From positions 49,525-113,524 of the forward strand of contig CAZIAZ010000001.1 in NCBI GenBank assembly GCA_964536835.1: a DNA stretch of 64,000 bases. Direction: 5' to 3'. This stretch comes from an uncultured Planctomycetaceae bacterium (GTDB lineage Bacteria > Planctomycetota > Phycisphaerae > SM23-33). A model generated the notes under the pieces. The model did no database searches. It was not told the DNA's origin and worked only from the letters and a program-made list of their open reading frames with translations. Below are positions 30,282 through 41,037 of this stretch, in pieces (position 1 is the first letter of the stretch; each line of letters starts with the position of its first letter). Position numbers and translations under genes: made by a program.

Positions 30282-30464
30282 TTACTTTTCTTCGTTGACC
30301 TTGAGGCTCAGCCCGGGCCGGACATAGCCGCAATTATCACACGCCGCATGGGGCAGCTTGGGAGAATTGCAACGGGGGCAATCTACATAGTTAGCCGGTA
30401 CGTGAGCATTATGGCTACGACGGCGACGTGTCCGTGAACGGCTGATTTTATATTTCGGTACCAT
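30282..30464 (-). CDS. rpmF: 50S ribosomal protein L32
   Basis: Internal start MVPKYKISRSRTRRRRSHNAHV… with a CPRC…CDNC zinc ribbon, about 60 aa. The longer listed ORF from 30554 begins upstream of the conserved N-terminus. Confidence 0.75.
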   Translation of the reverse strand: MVPKYKISRSRTRRRRSHNAHVPANYVDCPRCNSPKLPHAACDNCGYVRPGLSLKVNEEK

Positions 30465-30711
30465 TTTTCCTGTTCCTGTATCCTGTAAAACCAAAATGGG
30501 CTGTGCAGCGCAATGCCAGCCCGCATATAACCTTGCAAAAATCATTTTGCGCACAACACCTGCGCGCCCGTTTTACGTACGGAGCGGGAAAAATACCCGC
30601 TAAACGCCTCTTTGTCAAGAAAAAAAACCCGCATGCGACGACTTCCGCCGCTACACGCGGGTCAATGTTTTGCCTTACGATATCTTAAAATCCGGCGTTT
30701 ACAGCCGTCCT

Positions 30712-32193
30712 TCATTTGCACAGTGCCAGAAGAACGCCAGCCGCCACCGCTGACCCGATAACGCCAGCCACATTCGGGCCCATGGCATGCATGAGCAGAA
30801 AATTGTGCGGGTCTTCTTCCTGGCCGACCTTATTGCAGACGCGGGCAGCCATCGGCACGGCGGATACGCCCGCAGCTCCGATAAGCGGATTTATCTTGTT
30901 CTTGCTGAACATATTCATTATGTGTGCCATAATCACGCCGCCGGCTGTGCCGAAACTGAACGCTATCAGGCCCAGAACCAATATGTATATCGTCTGAAGA
31001 TTAAGGAATTTGTCCGCTGCCAGCTTCATGCCGACGGAAAGGCCCAGGAAAATCGTAACTATATTGATAAGAGCGTTGGCCATCGTCGTGCTCAGACGCT
31101 CAACCACGCCAGACTCCTTGGCCAGATTGCCGAACATCAGTGCGCCGATAAGCGGACATGCACTGGGCAACAGCACCGCACAAAGGCCCAAAACTACCAA
31201 CGGGAAAAGAATCTTTTCCAACTTGGAAACATGCCTGAGCTGTTCCATTTTTATGGCTCGCTGCTTTTTGGTAGTCAACAGCCGCATTATGGGCGGCTGA
31301 ATTATCGGCACAAGGGCCATGTAACTGTATGCCGCCACGGCAATTGCGCCCAGCAAATCCGGCGCCAGCTTGCGAGCCACGAATATCGACGTCGGGCCGT
31401 CCGCACCGCCGATAATGCCTATCGCCGACGCCTGGTTAATATCGAAGCCCAACATCAACGCACCAAAAAGCGTGGTAAAAATGCCTAACTGTGCAGCTCC
31501 GCCGAGTAGTGCCGTCTTGGGATTGGCAAGCAGCGGGCCGAAGTCGGTCATAGCTCCTACGCCCATGAAAATTATCAGCGGAAACAGGCCCGTAGCTACG
31601 CCGGTTTCATAAATAATCGTTAAAAAACCGTCGGTTTCCTGATAAGGTTTGAATTTTTCGCCGGCAGCGGCGGCTTTGGCGGCATAAAAGCTGTTGAACG
31701 CCGCCACAGCTACCGACTTCTGCGTTCGTAAATAGCTGGCAAAATCGGGGTTTATAACCATTTTGCCGGCCTTTTCGCTGACAGTGGGAGTCTTTTTCGC
31801 GGCAGCTTTAGCCTGCTCGCCTTCAGCCCTCGCCACCATGTGATTGATATATTCCTTCTCAATGCTTGCCAGCAGATTGTTGTTCGGGTCGGCATTGTCG
31901 GCGATGGCAACTATTTTTGCGTTATCCATCTTTGAATATTCCTGGGCAAGGAAATAATTGTATTCCGTCGCCGGCGGCGTACAGTCGGTAATGCCGGCTA
32001 GCGGAATATTCGAGAGTATGCAGCCAAAGCCTATTGGAATCAGCAACAGCGGCTCAAACCCCTTGCGGATAGCCAGAAACAGCAGCACACAGCCTACGCC
32101 CAGCATTACCAGATTCTGCCAGCCTGTGCCCGTGACGAACTGACTCAGGCCGGTCTGCAACCACAGGTCGTGGAAACATTCTACTATATTCAT
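30712..32193 (-). CDS. oadB: Na+-translocating oxaloacetate decarboxylase beta subunit, with a ~70-aa Ala/Lys-rich insertion
   Basis: Long conserved blocks ([73 protein letters not shown]). Confidence 0.85.
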   Translation of the reverse strand: MNIVECFHDLWLQTGLSQFVTGTGWQNLVMLGVGCVLLFLAIRKGFEPLLLIPIGFGCILSNIPLAGITDCTPPATEYNYFLAQEYSKMDNAKIVAIADNADPNNNLLASIEKEYINHMVARAEGEQAKAAAKKTPTVSEKAGKMVINPDFASYLRTQKSVAVAAFNSFYAAKAAAAGEKFKPYQETDGFLTIIYETGVATGLFPLIIFMGVGAMTDFGPLLANPKTALLGGAAQLGIFTTLFGALMLGFDINQASAIGIIGGADGPTSIFVARKLAPDLLGAIAVAAYSYMALVPIIQPPIMRLLTTKKQRAIKMEQLRHVSKLEKILFPLVVLGLCAVLLPSACPLIGALMFGNLAKESGVVERLSTTMANALINIVTIFLGLSVGMKLAADKFLNLQTIYILVLGLIAFSFGTAGGVIMAHIMNMFSKNKINPLIGAAGVSAVPMAARVCNKVGQEEDPHNFLLMHAMGPNVAGVIGSAVAAGVLLALCK

Positions 32194-32216
32194 GATACTG
32201 CTCCCTTATATATTGC

Positions 32217-34067
32217 TCAGGCGCTGATATGAACGAGTTCATCGCTGGCATTTATCTGGTCACCCTGCTTGACAAGCACACGGGCAATAGTGCCGCTGAA
32301 CTGGCTTTTGATTTCCGTTTCCATCTTCATGGCTTCCATAACCATGAGCACGTCGCCTTCCGAAACGCTATCGCCTTCCGCAGCTTCCATGCGAACTATA
32401 ACACCCGGCAGAGGCGCTTTCACGACATGGTCAGCCGCCGATGAAAGGCCGGCGACACCACCATTGCCGTTGCCGTTACCACTGCCAACAGCTGCGGCAA
32501 AACCTTCACCAACGGCATAATTGTAACTTCTGCCGTTGACAACCGCCTTGCCGCCGTCAAGTTGCACATTATACTTCTTGCCATTGAGCGTAACGCAGTA
32601 TGCGCCGTTCGCATTCGCACTTTTGACGGATGCGGCTGTGCCGGTGGCGGCTTTGGAAGCAGGCTCGTTCTTGCGAACGCCCAGCGTGCAATTGCCCTTC
32701 AGGAACGCTATACCCTTATCGCCGCAGGCTGCGGCAATAAATATATTCTCATCGCTCAGGTCGGTTATGCCTGCTTCGGTAAGTTTCTTTTTAGCTGCAG
32801 CGACGCCTTTGGCCGGATTGCCGTCATTGAGCAGACGAGGATCCTGCGTAGTCGGTTCGAGCTTGAGCTGGTCGGCGGCTAATTTTACGATTTCTTCGTC
32901 CGGCGCAACCGGCGTCTTGCCGAAATAACCCAAAACCATTTTGCCGTAACCCTCGGCGATTTTCTTCCACGGCCCGAACATGACGTTGTTGAACGCCTGC
33001 TGGAAATAAAACTGACTTACCGGCGTAACGCTCGTGCCGAAACCGCCGCGGCAAACGACTTCGCTCATGGCCTTTATGCAATCGTCGTACTTATCCATAA
33101 TCCCGTTATCGCGCAACATCTGCGTATTGGCGGTAAGTGCGCCGCCGGGCATGGGCGACCACGGAATAAGCGGTTCGACGGCAGAGGCTTCGGGCGGCAT
33201 GAAATAGTCCTTCATGCAATTTTTGAATATCTCTTCAGCCTCGCGCAGCTTATCCACGTCAAAGCCGAGCTCATATTCCGTTCCCCTCAACGCGTGCCAC
33301 ATAGTCAATACGTCCGGCTGACCAGTGCCGCCGCTCATGGGATTCAGGCCCAGGTCTATCTGAGAAGCGCCTGCGTCAAGCGCAGACCTGTAAACCAGCA
33401 CACTCGTGCCGGCGGTTTCGTGCGTATGCATTACTATGGGCATGTCCTGGCCGAGCTTGGCGCGAGCCTGCCGGACAGTCTCGTACACGACCGACGGCGT
33501 CGCCGTGCCGGATGCGTCCTTGAAACAAAGGCTATCGAATTCAACGTCTGCGGCAAGTATCCTGTCCAGGCAGCCTATGTAAAACTCAGGGGTATGTGCA
33601 CCCTCACAGCCTGGCGGAAGAGCCATCATCGTTATGACTATCTCATGCCTGAGGCCATGCTTCTTTATGCACTGGCCGGAAAAAATGAGGTTATTGACGT
33701 CATTCAACGCGTCAAAGTTGCGAATCGTAGTAGTGCCATGCTTTTTGAAAAGTTTTGCGTGCAGGTCGATAATATCGCTGGACTGGCTGTCCAGCCCGAC
33801 GACGTTAATGCCGCGTGCAAGAGTCTGAAGATTTACATCCTGGCCGACCGTACGACGGAATTCGTCCATGCTGTCGAAAGCGTTTTCGCCGCAATAAAAA
33901 AACGGCGACTGGAAACGCGCGCCGCCGCCGAATTCAAAATGCCGGATGCCGGCTTTATGGGCAGCCTCAACGGCAGGCATGAAGTCTTTCGTAAAAACAC
34001 GCGCACCGACGACCGACTGAAAACCGTCGCGGAACGCCGTCACCATTACATTAACTTTCCTGGTCAT
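32217..34067 (-). CDS. oadA: Oxaloacetate decarboxylase alpha subunit (carboxyltransferase + biotinyl domain)
   Basis: HMGL-like TIM-barrel carboxyltransferase N-terminal domain and a C-terminal biotinyl-lysine motif EAMKME. Confidence 0.85.
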   Translation of the reverse strand: MTRKVNVMVTAFRDGFQSVVGARVFTKDFMPAVEAAHKAGIRHFEFGGGARFQSPFFYCGENAFDSMDEFRRTVGQDVNLQTLARGINVVGLDSQSSDIIDLHAKLFKKHGTTTIRNFDALNDVNNLIFSGQCIKKHGLRHEIVITMMALPPGCEGAHTPEFYIGCLDRILAADVEFDSLCFKDASGTATPSVVYETVRQARAKLGQDMPIVMHTHETAGTSVLVYRSALDAGASQIDLGLNPMSGGTGQPDVLTMWHALRGTEYELGFDVDKLREAEEIFKNCMKDYFMPPEASAVEPLIPWSPMPGGALTANTQMLRDNGIMDKYDDCIKAMSEVVCRGGFGTSVTPVSQFYFQQAFNNVMFGPWKKIAEGYGKMVLGYFGKTPVAPDEEIVKLAADQLKLEPTTQDPRLLNDGNPAKGVAAAKKKLTEAGITDLSDENIFIAAACGDKGIAFLKGNCTLGVRKNEPASKAATGTAASVKSANANGAYCVTLNGKKYNVQLDGGKAVVNGRSYNYAVGEGFAAAVGSGNGNGNGGVAGLSSAADHVVKAPLPGVIVRMEAAEGDSVSEGDVLMVMEAMKMETEIKSQFSGTIARVLVKQGDQINASDELVHISA

Positions 34068-34137
34068 ATTCCGATATCCTGTTTATTGGGTTAAAATTGA
34101 AAAACAGCTTGTAGAGTTCATGAAAATATCGCGAAAA

Positions 34138-34371
34138 TCAGTTCTGAACACTGGCGACGGCAACGGCGGCGGCAACGGCGGCCTCATCGTCACCATTGTT
34201 GTTCTTCTTGACTTTCGCCACAGGCACTTTTTCAGGAAAAAACTTACTCAGCCATGCCGACAGCTTCGCACAGAACCCCATCGCCCATATCATCACGCTC
34301 AGAAAAATGTAGACCACGCCCATTCCGACGCAGAGAAACACAACGCCTTCTTCCATTATTCTTTCGAGCAT
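34138..34371 (-). CDS. oadG: Oxaloacetate decarboxylase gamma subunit
   Basis: 77 aa with one TM helix then an Ala/Pro-rich tail. Sits first in the oadGAB order. Confidence 0.6.
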   Translation of the reverse strand: MLERIMEEGVVFLCVGMGVVYIFLSVMIWAMGFCAKLSAWLSKFFPEKVPVAKVKKNNNGDDEAAVAAAVAVASVQN

Positions 34372-34818
34372 TTTCTTTTTCTCCAGCCATTACAGACTTT
34401 TACAGACTTTTAAAAAAACTCGCCTTTTCACTTATTCAAACAGGGTACGTCATATAATGCCGTTAATTCTGTAAAAACGGCGTCATATGGATAGACCTTT
34501 ACCGCAGAACGTAAGCAGTCCGATAGCCATTATGGCATTAAATGGGCAGTTCCTGGCAAACCAGGGTCGGGCCTGCCATGATTCCGCCGCAGAGGGAGAG
34601 CGGAAACAAACGTTCAAGTCAGGCCGCACTTAGAGGACGCAAACGGCTGCCGATTCACAAATCAATTCGAGCATAACCTAAACCGCACTCATTTTTCAAG
34701 AGCATTTTTTCAATATTTTGATAACTTTTTATCGAATAGCCTTGCAGAAAATGTCGCCCGCCGGTTGACTTGCCGCCACAAGGTCTTACAATACAAGGCG
34801 TTATCAGGAGCTTATTGC

Positions 34819-35568
34819 ATGTATTTCCAGCCTGTGAAAAAATTCGACTCTTTAGCTTCCACCAGCATCCGGTTGCGTGAAATGTTAAACGCCGACCCGA
34901 CACTGCCCGGCGGCCTCGTTATATGCGCAGCCGGACAAATTGACGGCAGAGGCAGATTCGACCGAAAATGGATATCGCCTGCCGGAGATTGCCTTACATT
35001 CTCCGCCCTGCTGCGTATCGACGTACCTGCGGAATACCTGCTTTCCCTGCCGATGGTCGTCAGCGTCGCAGTAACCAGAATGCTCAAAAAACTGAACATC
35101 GACGCAAAACTCAAATGGCCCAATGACGTGTTGGTGAACAACAGGAAAATCTGCGGAATTTTGTGCGAAAACGTGTCGATGAAAAACTGCACCGTGCCGG
35201 CGGCGATTATCGGGGTCGGCCTTAACGTGAACCTTTCAGCCGATGCAGCCGCTGAAATTTCACAGCCCGCGACATCCATGCTTATTGAAACATCGCAGAA
35301 ATACAGCATTGACGGCGTTCTGAACATACTGCTGGAAGCGTTGGATGCCGCCGTATCCGCATGGGCCGGAGAAGGCTTTGTCGCCGCGCGGCAGACATGG
35401 CTGGCCAATACGGACGACATCGGCAGAGACGTGGAAATTCACTCGACAGGTGAAATCTTCAGAGGCACAATAATCGGCCTCGGCCGATTCGGCCAACTCC
35501 TGGTAAAAGACGCCGAAGGTGTTTCGAGGGAAATCCTCGAAGGCGACGTAAAAGTCACGAGGCAATAA
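34819..35568 (+). CDS. birA: Biotin--protein ligase
   Basis: Contains the KWPNDV motif and a GRGRxxRxW biotin-binding loop (GRGRFDRKW). No N-terminal HTH, so a group I ligase. Start moved from 34765 to the MYFQP Met. Confidence 0.7.
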   Translation: MYFQPVKKFDSLASTSIRLREMLNADPTLPGGLVICAAGQIDGRGRFDRKWISPAGDCLTFSALLRIDVPAEYLLSLPMVVSVAVTRMLKKLNIDAKLKWPNDVLVNNRKICGILCENVSMKNCTVPAAIIGVGLNVNLSADAAAEISQPATSMLIETSQKYSIDGVLNILLEALDAAVSAWAGEGFVAARQTWLANTDDIGRDVEIHSTGEIFRGTIIGLGRFGQLLVKDAEGVSREILEGDVKVTRQ

Positions 35569-35596
35569 TAAACAAAAAAAACGAAGCGTTAAAAAA

Positions 35597-36973
35597 ATGT
35601 CGACGCCACATCTTAAAATTTTTTTAAAGCATCAGCCCGTTCGCGTGTGGCTATGGATTTTCGCGATATGGGCCGTGCTGGAAGCATTTTGCGTCTGGCT
35701 GCGCATCGGCCTTTCGATAGAAGATGTGCCGTTAAAATTTCCCATTTCAATATGCATCATTTCACCGCATCTGAAAAACTGGCCCATGCTGGCGGTTTTC
35801 TGCACAATAGCGTGGCTGGTCATGAAAAACATCCGTCAAATCAAAACGGCCGGATTGATACTATTCAGCCTGCTGCTGATATGCAGCGGCAACCTCATGC
35901 AGGGTTTTAATGGAGCGTTTCTGTATCCGCTCGGCGTAGAAACAGGAAATACCGACCAGTATTATGCGGAGGCCGCCGGCATAAAAATCTCCTCTGCCGA
36001 ATGGCTGGCTGATTTTAATGAAAATCAGCGTGATTTGATGACACATTCGCGTACGCATCCGCCATTTGCAGTGCTGCTGTTTCGCGAACTGGCGGGAGCG
36101 GCCACAAATGACGGCACATGTTCCAGATGGCCGGTACTCGCAGTATGGCTGATTTGCACAAGCCTCTGTGTGCCGATGCTTTTTGAAATATTCCACAAAA
36201 TCGGAATCGGTATAAACCATGCGAAATATCTGGCTATATTTCTGGCCGTCATGCCGGCATTCAACATATACAGCGTGCTGAGCCTGGACAGCATGATATT
36301 TTTCCTGTCGCTATTCTTCTTCCACGGCATAACGGACATAAATGCCCGCGGTGCAAACCTGGAAAATATCGTCGCAGTGACAATTTCGACGATTGCGATA
36401 AATCTTCTGACCTTCGGCGGGATTTTCTTTTTCGTCCTGTTGTTAACGCTGGCGATAATCCGGCTGATACGACATGAAAAAAAGGGATATGTGGCGGCAT
36501 TGTTAATCGCGGCAGTTGTTTTCGGAGCGATTATAATCTATCTGAATTTTTATTGCGGTTATGACCATTTGAGGGCGTTTTTAACGGCTTGCGGGCTGGA
36601 GTCGCACGGCAGAACAGCGGCACAGCGGGTATGGCTGTATATCGAATCGCGATTCGAAGACGTCTGCGAAATAGGCCTCTGCCTGGGGCTGGTGACACTG
36701 GCGACGATGCTGTCTGCGAAAAATCGCCGGCTTGACATTTTGGATTTTAGAGACCGTCGCAACGAGATTGCGGTTACAGCCATCGGCGTATTGTTTGCGA
36801 TATTTCTCGGCGGCGCTTACAAGACGGGCGAGACGGCTCGTACCTGCATGTTCATTTATCCATACATCTTTCTGCTGATGCGCGGCTTGAGCGTGCGGAC
36901 GTTGCGGGAGATTTTCGTCTGCTGTACAATTCAGACGGCAATGATGCAGTTCATGGGTTCATACGACTGGTAA
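35597..36973 (+). CDS. Polytopic integral membrane protein, possibly a GT-C-type glycosyltransferase or ligase
   Basis: At least 10 predicted TM helices and no recognisable catalytic motif. Adjacent to a GT9 heptosyltransferase. Confidence 0.35.
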   Translation: MSTPHLKIFLKHQPVRVWLWIFAIWAVLEAFCVWLRIGLSIEDVPLKFPISICIISPHLKNWPMLAVFCTIAWLVMKNIRQIKTAGLILFSLLLICSGNLMQGFNGAFLYPLGVETGNTDQYYAEAAGIKISSAEWLADFNENQRDLMTHSRTHPPFAVLLFRELAGAATNDGTCSRWPVLAVWLICTSLCVPMLFEIFHKIGIGINHAKYLAIFLAVMPAFNIYSVLSLDSMIFFLSLFFFHGITDINARGANLENIVAVTISTIAINLLTFGGIFFFVLLLTLAIIRLIRHEKKGYVAALLIAAVVFGAIIIYLNFYCGYDHLRAFLTACGLESHGRTAAQRVWLYIESRFEDVCEIGLCLGLVTLATMLSAKNRRLDILDFRDRRNEIAVTAIGVLFAIFLGGAYKTGETARTCMFIYPYIFLLMRGLSVRTLREIFVCCTIQTAMMQFMGSYDW

Positions 36974-37007
36974 AACCGGCGAATAAAAACATACGGTTTA
37001 TATTTAT

Positions 37008-38135
37008 ATGTCTAAAAAAATTTCGGCTATCCTGAAAACGATAATCGCAGCATTTTTGTGGCTACCGTGCAGTTTTGCGCGCGCAGCCAGAAGATACGCC
37101 TCGCCGGCGAAAGCGGCTGCCACGGAACAGCCTTCGATACTGGTCGTCGCCTGCCACTGGCTGGGCGATACGTTATGGGCGGCACAGGCAGTACCGCATC
37201 TGCGACAGCGATGGCCGGATGCGCATATCGCCGCGATTACAAAATCTTTCGCCGCGCCGCTGTGGAGCGGCCGGCTGAGCGTAGATGAAATCATAAACGG
37301 CGACGCCATAGTCAGCGACCGTCGCCGCGAAAACGTCGATTGGCAGGCGATGAAAAAACTCGCATCGCAACTAGCCGCGCGACGCTGGGATATCGTCATC
37401 GATTTGACGGGCAATCGGTACAGTGCGATTTTCTGTCACCGGCTGAGGGCGAGGTATACGGTGGGTTTTGACGGCGGGGAATTCGGCCGGCTTTATGCGA
37501 CATGCGTAACTGGCGCAAAACAGCATGGCGAACATCTGTCTCATCAGCCATTCCGCGTAATAAAACCTCTACTCGGAACATTTTTTGATGAAGAAGATGA
37601 ATATGCGGACAAAAACATCCTGCCGCCGGAGCCGCAAACGGATTACCGGCAGGCATGCGAAATTCTGAAAATGGCGGCAGATTGCCCGACGGCGATAATA
37701 GCCCCAGGCGCAGGCTGGCGTGAAAAATGCTGGGCTGCGCAAAACTTCGCAGACATCGCCAATATACTGCTGCGCGAAAAATGGCAGATTGTGCTGGCCG
37801 GCTCGCCGCAAGAGTACGAACTGTCGCAAAAAATTCAAAAACTCATCTATGAACAGTTCAAACCGTCGGTACATCTGATACACGAAAAAAGCGTCGGCAC
37901 AATTTTGACGATACTATCGGGCGGGGCAGCGTTTCTGGGTAATGATTCCGGCTTGGGACACATCGCCGCAGCAATGAATCTGCCTGTAATTGTCGTCTTC
38001 AACGGCCAAACCGACCCCGCCGCCTGCAAACCACTGGGCAGGCTAGCCAAATACGTCATCGCCGGCACACCCGACGCCACGCCTGAAAACATCGCACAAT
38101 TTTTCATACATATGCGTCAGGAACGCCCATGTTGA
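37008..38135 (+). CDS. Glycosyltransferase family 9 (ADP-heptose:LPS heptosyltransferase-like)
   Basis: GT-B fold with GT9-typical blocks (ILVVACHWLGDTLWA, LPVIVVFNGQTDP). Confidence 0.65.
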   Translation: MSKKISAILKTIIAAFLWLPCSFARAARRYASPAKAAATEQPSILVVACHWLGDTLWAAQAVPHLRQRWPDAHIAAITKSFAAPLWSGRLSVDEIINGDAIVSDRRRENVDWQAMKKLASQLAARRWDIVIDLTGNRYSAIFCHRLRARYTVGFDGGEFGRLYATCVTGAKQHGEHLSHQPFRVIKPLLGTFFDEEDEYADKNILPPEPQTDYRQACEILKMAADCPTAIIAPGAGWREKCWAAQNFADIANILLREKWQIVLAGSPQEYELSQKIQKLIYEQFKPSVHLIHEKSVGTILTILSGGAAFLGNDSGLGHIAAAMNLPVIVVFNGQTDPAACKPLGRLAKYVIAGTPDATPENIAQFFIHMRQERPC

Positions 38136-38346
38136 GAGGATGGTTCTAAAAACCTTCAATAACAAACATAAGTCTAACGGGGAAAACTTTTACGGCCATC
38201 GCCATAAAATAATTGAAAAAAATCAATCATCCCTTGTTTTTTCAAAGCGAATCGCCATAATCGTCAAATACTGTTTACGTAAGTAAGGACTGTTTCGTCC
38301 CGATATTGACACAAAAACCGAATATGGAAGATGAAGGAACAGGCAA

Positions 38347-39081
38347 ATGGGCCCGATAATACAGGCATTGGTTAAATTACAGGCGATTGAGCTTGACCTG
38401 ACGCGGATTAAACGCCGACGGAAAGCCAAGGGAAACGCCGTGACCGCTCAGGAAAACCGCATCGCCCAATTGAACGACGAACTTTCAAGCCTGAAAGAAC
38501 AATCGCTGGGGAAACGCAAGAAAGCCGACGAGTTTGAGCTTTTCCTCAACACCAACCGGCAGCGGGTTGAAAAACTCCGCACCGACCTCAACGCCGCCAG
38601 AACCAACAAGGAATACGCAGCCATCCTCACGCAGATAAACACTCAAAAAGCCGACGATGCCCGCGTGGAAGAAGAAGCCCTGGCACTCATGAACGAAATC
38701 GACAGCCTTCAGGCACAGATAACCGATATAGAAACCCGCACCGCACAGGAAACGGAAAAACTCGCTACCATCAAAGGCTCATGTGCGGAAGAAATAGAAA
38801 AGCTCGACAGGATGATAACCGAGCTTACCGAAAAGCGCAACGCCGCGGCAGTCGAAGTCCCAAAAGAAGAACTCGCCATCTTCAACAGGCTGTCCAACCG
38901 TTTCGAGGGCGAAGCGATGGCGGAGGTTCTGGTGGAAGGCAAAAAACCGCCCTACACATACACCTGTTCGGGCTGTTATATGTCGCTGAAGGCTGAACAC
39001 GCCAACGCCCTTCTCAGCCACGACAAGGTACGTCTCTGCGACAACTGCGGCAGAATAATATATCTCACCGCGCTGAAGTAA
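38347..39081 (+). CDS. COG1579-type coiled-coil protein with C-terminal C4 zinc ribbon
   Basis: Long coiled coil followed by CSGCYMSL…CDNCGRII. Confidence 0.65.
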   Translation: MGPIIQALVKLQAIELDLTRIKRRRKAKGNAVTAQENRIAQLNDELSSLKEQSLGKRKKADEFELFLNTNRQRVEKLRTDLNAARTNKEYAAILTQINTQKADDARVEEEALALMNEIDSLQAQITDIETRTAQETEKLATIKGSCAEEIEKLDRMITELTEKRNAAAVEVPKEELAIFNRLSNRFEGEAMAEVLVEGKKPPYTYTCSGCYMSLKAEHANALLSHDKVRLCDNCGRIIYLTALK

Positions 39082-39087
39082 GACGCC

Positions 39088-39852
39088 ATGGACCGGCTGG
39101 ACAGGCAAAAGCTGGACTCTCTCTATCGCAGGTACAATAACCGCCGTTGGGCGGAATTAGACCCCATAAAATTCCTTTACTCATACGACTCGGCGGCTGA
39201 TATCGAAGTGGTCGGCCTGATTGCCGCGAGTTTCGCCTACGGCAGGGTCGAACAGATACTGAAATCCGTCGAACGGATTTTAACGCCGCTCGGCCGTCAG
39301 CCGGCGAAATTTCTTCTCTCTACGCCGCCGCAGGAAATTCGACGTCTGTATCCCGATTTCCGCCACCGTTTTCAGACATCAAGCGAATTGTCGGCGTTGC
39401 TTGTCGGCATACGGAAAACACTCGCATCGGACGGCTCACTTGAAAAAGCCTTCGCCGCCGCTTTTGCAAAAAAGCCAAATACGCCCGATGCATTGACCCT
39501 TTGGCGCGACGCGATATTTCTCGCCGGCGATTCAAAAGCCGGCCATCTTCTGCCCGACCCGCGACGCGGCAGCGCATGCAAAAGGATGTTCATGTACCTG
39601 CGATGGATGATACGAAAAGACGACGTCGATATGGGTGTCTGGAAGTGCATTACGCCGGCGGAGCTGATTTTCCCGCTTGACGTTCATATGCATCGGCAGG
39701 CGATGGCGCTTCACGCCACGTCCCGCAAAGCAGCCGACCTGAAAGCCGCCCTGGAAACTACCGAATCTTTCCGAAAAATTCAGCCGTCAGACCCCGTCAA
39801 ATACGATTTCGCCCTGGCGCATCAGGGTATGGATATTCACAGGAACGGCTGA
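39088..39852 (+). CDS. Conserved hypothetical protein, DUF2400/TIGR02757-like
   Basis: About 250 aa; general similarity recalled, not verified. Confidence 0.4.
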   Translation: MDRLDRQKLDSLYRRYNNRRWAELDPIKFLYSYDSAADIEVVGLIAASFAYGRVEQILKSVERILTPLGRQPAKFLLSTPPQEIRRLYPDFRHRFQTSSELSALLVGIRKTLASDGSLEKAFAAAFAKKPNTPDALTLWRDAIFLAGDSKAGHLLPDPRRGSACKRMFMYLRWMIRKDDVDMGVWKCITPAELIFPLDVHMHRQAMALHATSRKAADLKAALETTESFRKIQPSDPVKYDFALAHQGMDIHRNG

Positions 39853-39965
39853 CGGCATTCGACCGATTTTCCACGTCCAAGCTGGACTTGGCAAACCGTT
39901 TCTGATATAAATTCCCATACATGGACTGACGTTTTTCGATTTTTTACGTTGTATGAGGTGGATAT

Positions 39966-40769
39966 ATGGGCGCCATAGTAACCATAACGAGTGATTACGG
40001 TCTTCATGACCCATACGTCGGCATACTCAAAGGCCAGATATTCCGGCACTGCCCCGATGCCAATATTGTCGACATTTCCCACACCATCACCCCCTGCAAC
40101 ATACTTGAGGCGGCGTTCATCATCGCCGGAGCGGCGCCGTACTTTCCCGCCGGCACACTACACGTGGTAGCCGTCGACCCGCACGGCACAGACCGGAACA
40201 TAATCGCCGCACAATTCCAGGGCCAGCTTTACATATTTCCGGATAACGGCGTAATTACGCTCATAAAGGAAATGCTGCCGCTGGAGGCTATCGTAGCCGT
40301 AGAGCCCCAAAAGTTCCTTCCGCGTGAAATTGTCGACCGCTGCCACGGCCGGGATATCCTGGCTCCGCTGGCTGGCGCCATTCTCAAGAACATAGGCCTT
40401 AGCCGCCTAGGCCATCGGCCGCATTCGTTCAAGCTGCTCGAACTCCCCAAACCGCTCGCCATGCCGAATGAAATCGTCGGCTCGGTGATGTACGTCGACA
40501 GCTTCGGCAACATGATATCGAACATCACCGGCACACTCATCTCGGAACGCTGGCCCGGCGCGAAAAAACTCAGCGTAGTCTGCAATACAAAGGCTGTCGA
40601 TACAGTCACCGACAATTACGCATCCAGAAACCCTGGCGAGGCGATGGCTGTCGTCAATCCCATGGGCCTGCTGGAAATAGCCGTCGTCGCCGGCCGTGCC
40701 TGCGATACTTTCGACGCAAAAACCGGCACGGAAATCCGCGTTTCGTTCGGAAAATTCCTCGACGCATAA
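39966..40769 (+). CDS. SAM hydroxide adenosyltransferase family protein (DUF62)
   Basis: N-terminal IVTITSDYGLHDPYVGILKG block is typical of the DUF62 / fluorinase-like family. Confidence 0.7.
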   Translation: MGAIVTITSDYGLHDPYVGILKGQIFRHCPDANIVDISHTITPCNILEAAFIIAGAAPYFPAGTLHVVAVDPHGTDRNIIAAQFQGQLYIFPDNGVITLIKEMLPLEAIVAVEPQKFLPREIVDRCHGRDILAPLAGAILKNIGLSRLGHRPHSFKLLELPKPLAMPNEIVGSVMYVDSFGNMISNITGTLISERWPGAKKLSVVCNTKAVDTVTDNYASRNPGEAMAVVNPMGLLEIAVVAGRACDTFDAKTGTEIRVSFGKFLDA

Positions 40770-40838
40770 CTCAATAACACAGCCGATATTCGTTGCCTTT
40801 CGGAATCGTTTCGGATATAATTCCCGCTATGTTTTTTA

Positions 40839-40871
40839 GAGCAGTTCTCAAAAAAATTTTGAGAACTGCTC
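40839..40871. repeat. Perfect 13-bp-stem hairpin (gagcagttctcaa / ttgagaactgctc) with tagagca terminus
   Basis: Read directly. The terminus motif tagagca is shared with the elements at 27097, 1783 and 8362-8376 (reverse complement). Confidence 0.6.
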
Positions 40872-41037
40872 CAGATTCGAACCGGTGTCGTCATCTGCAT
40901 TTTCCGGCATAATATTTCATCGTACGGAAATTCGCTTTTACTGTTTTTTAAAAATTTTAAATTTAAAATTTTAAAAAACGGTTTTTACGTATATCGCGAT
41001 GGCAGTCTGACCGGAAACGCATGCAGACGACATTGAT

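Noticed and set aside
30787-31488. 233-aa ORF on the plus strand
   Set aside because: Antisense to oadB. Arg/His-rich nonsense translation.
34372-34420. Tandem ttacagactttt x2 after oadG
   Set aside because: Only two copies of an 11-mer; likely a chance duplication.
40872-40890. gattcgaacc motif resembling a tRNA T-arm
   Set aside because: No acceptor, D or anticodon stems can be drawn on either strand. Not a tRNA.
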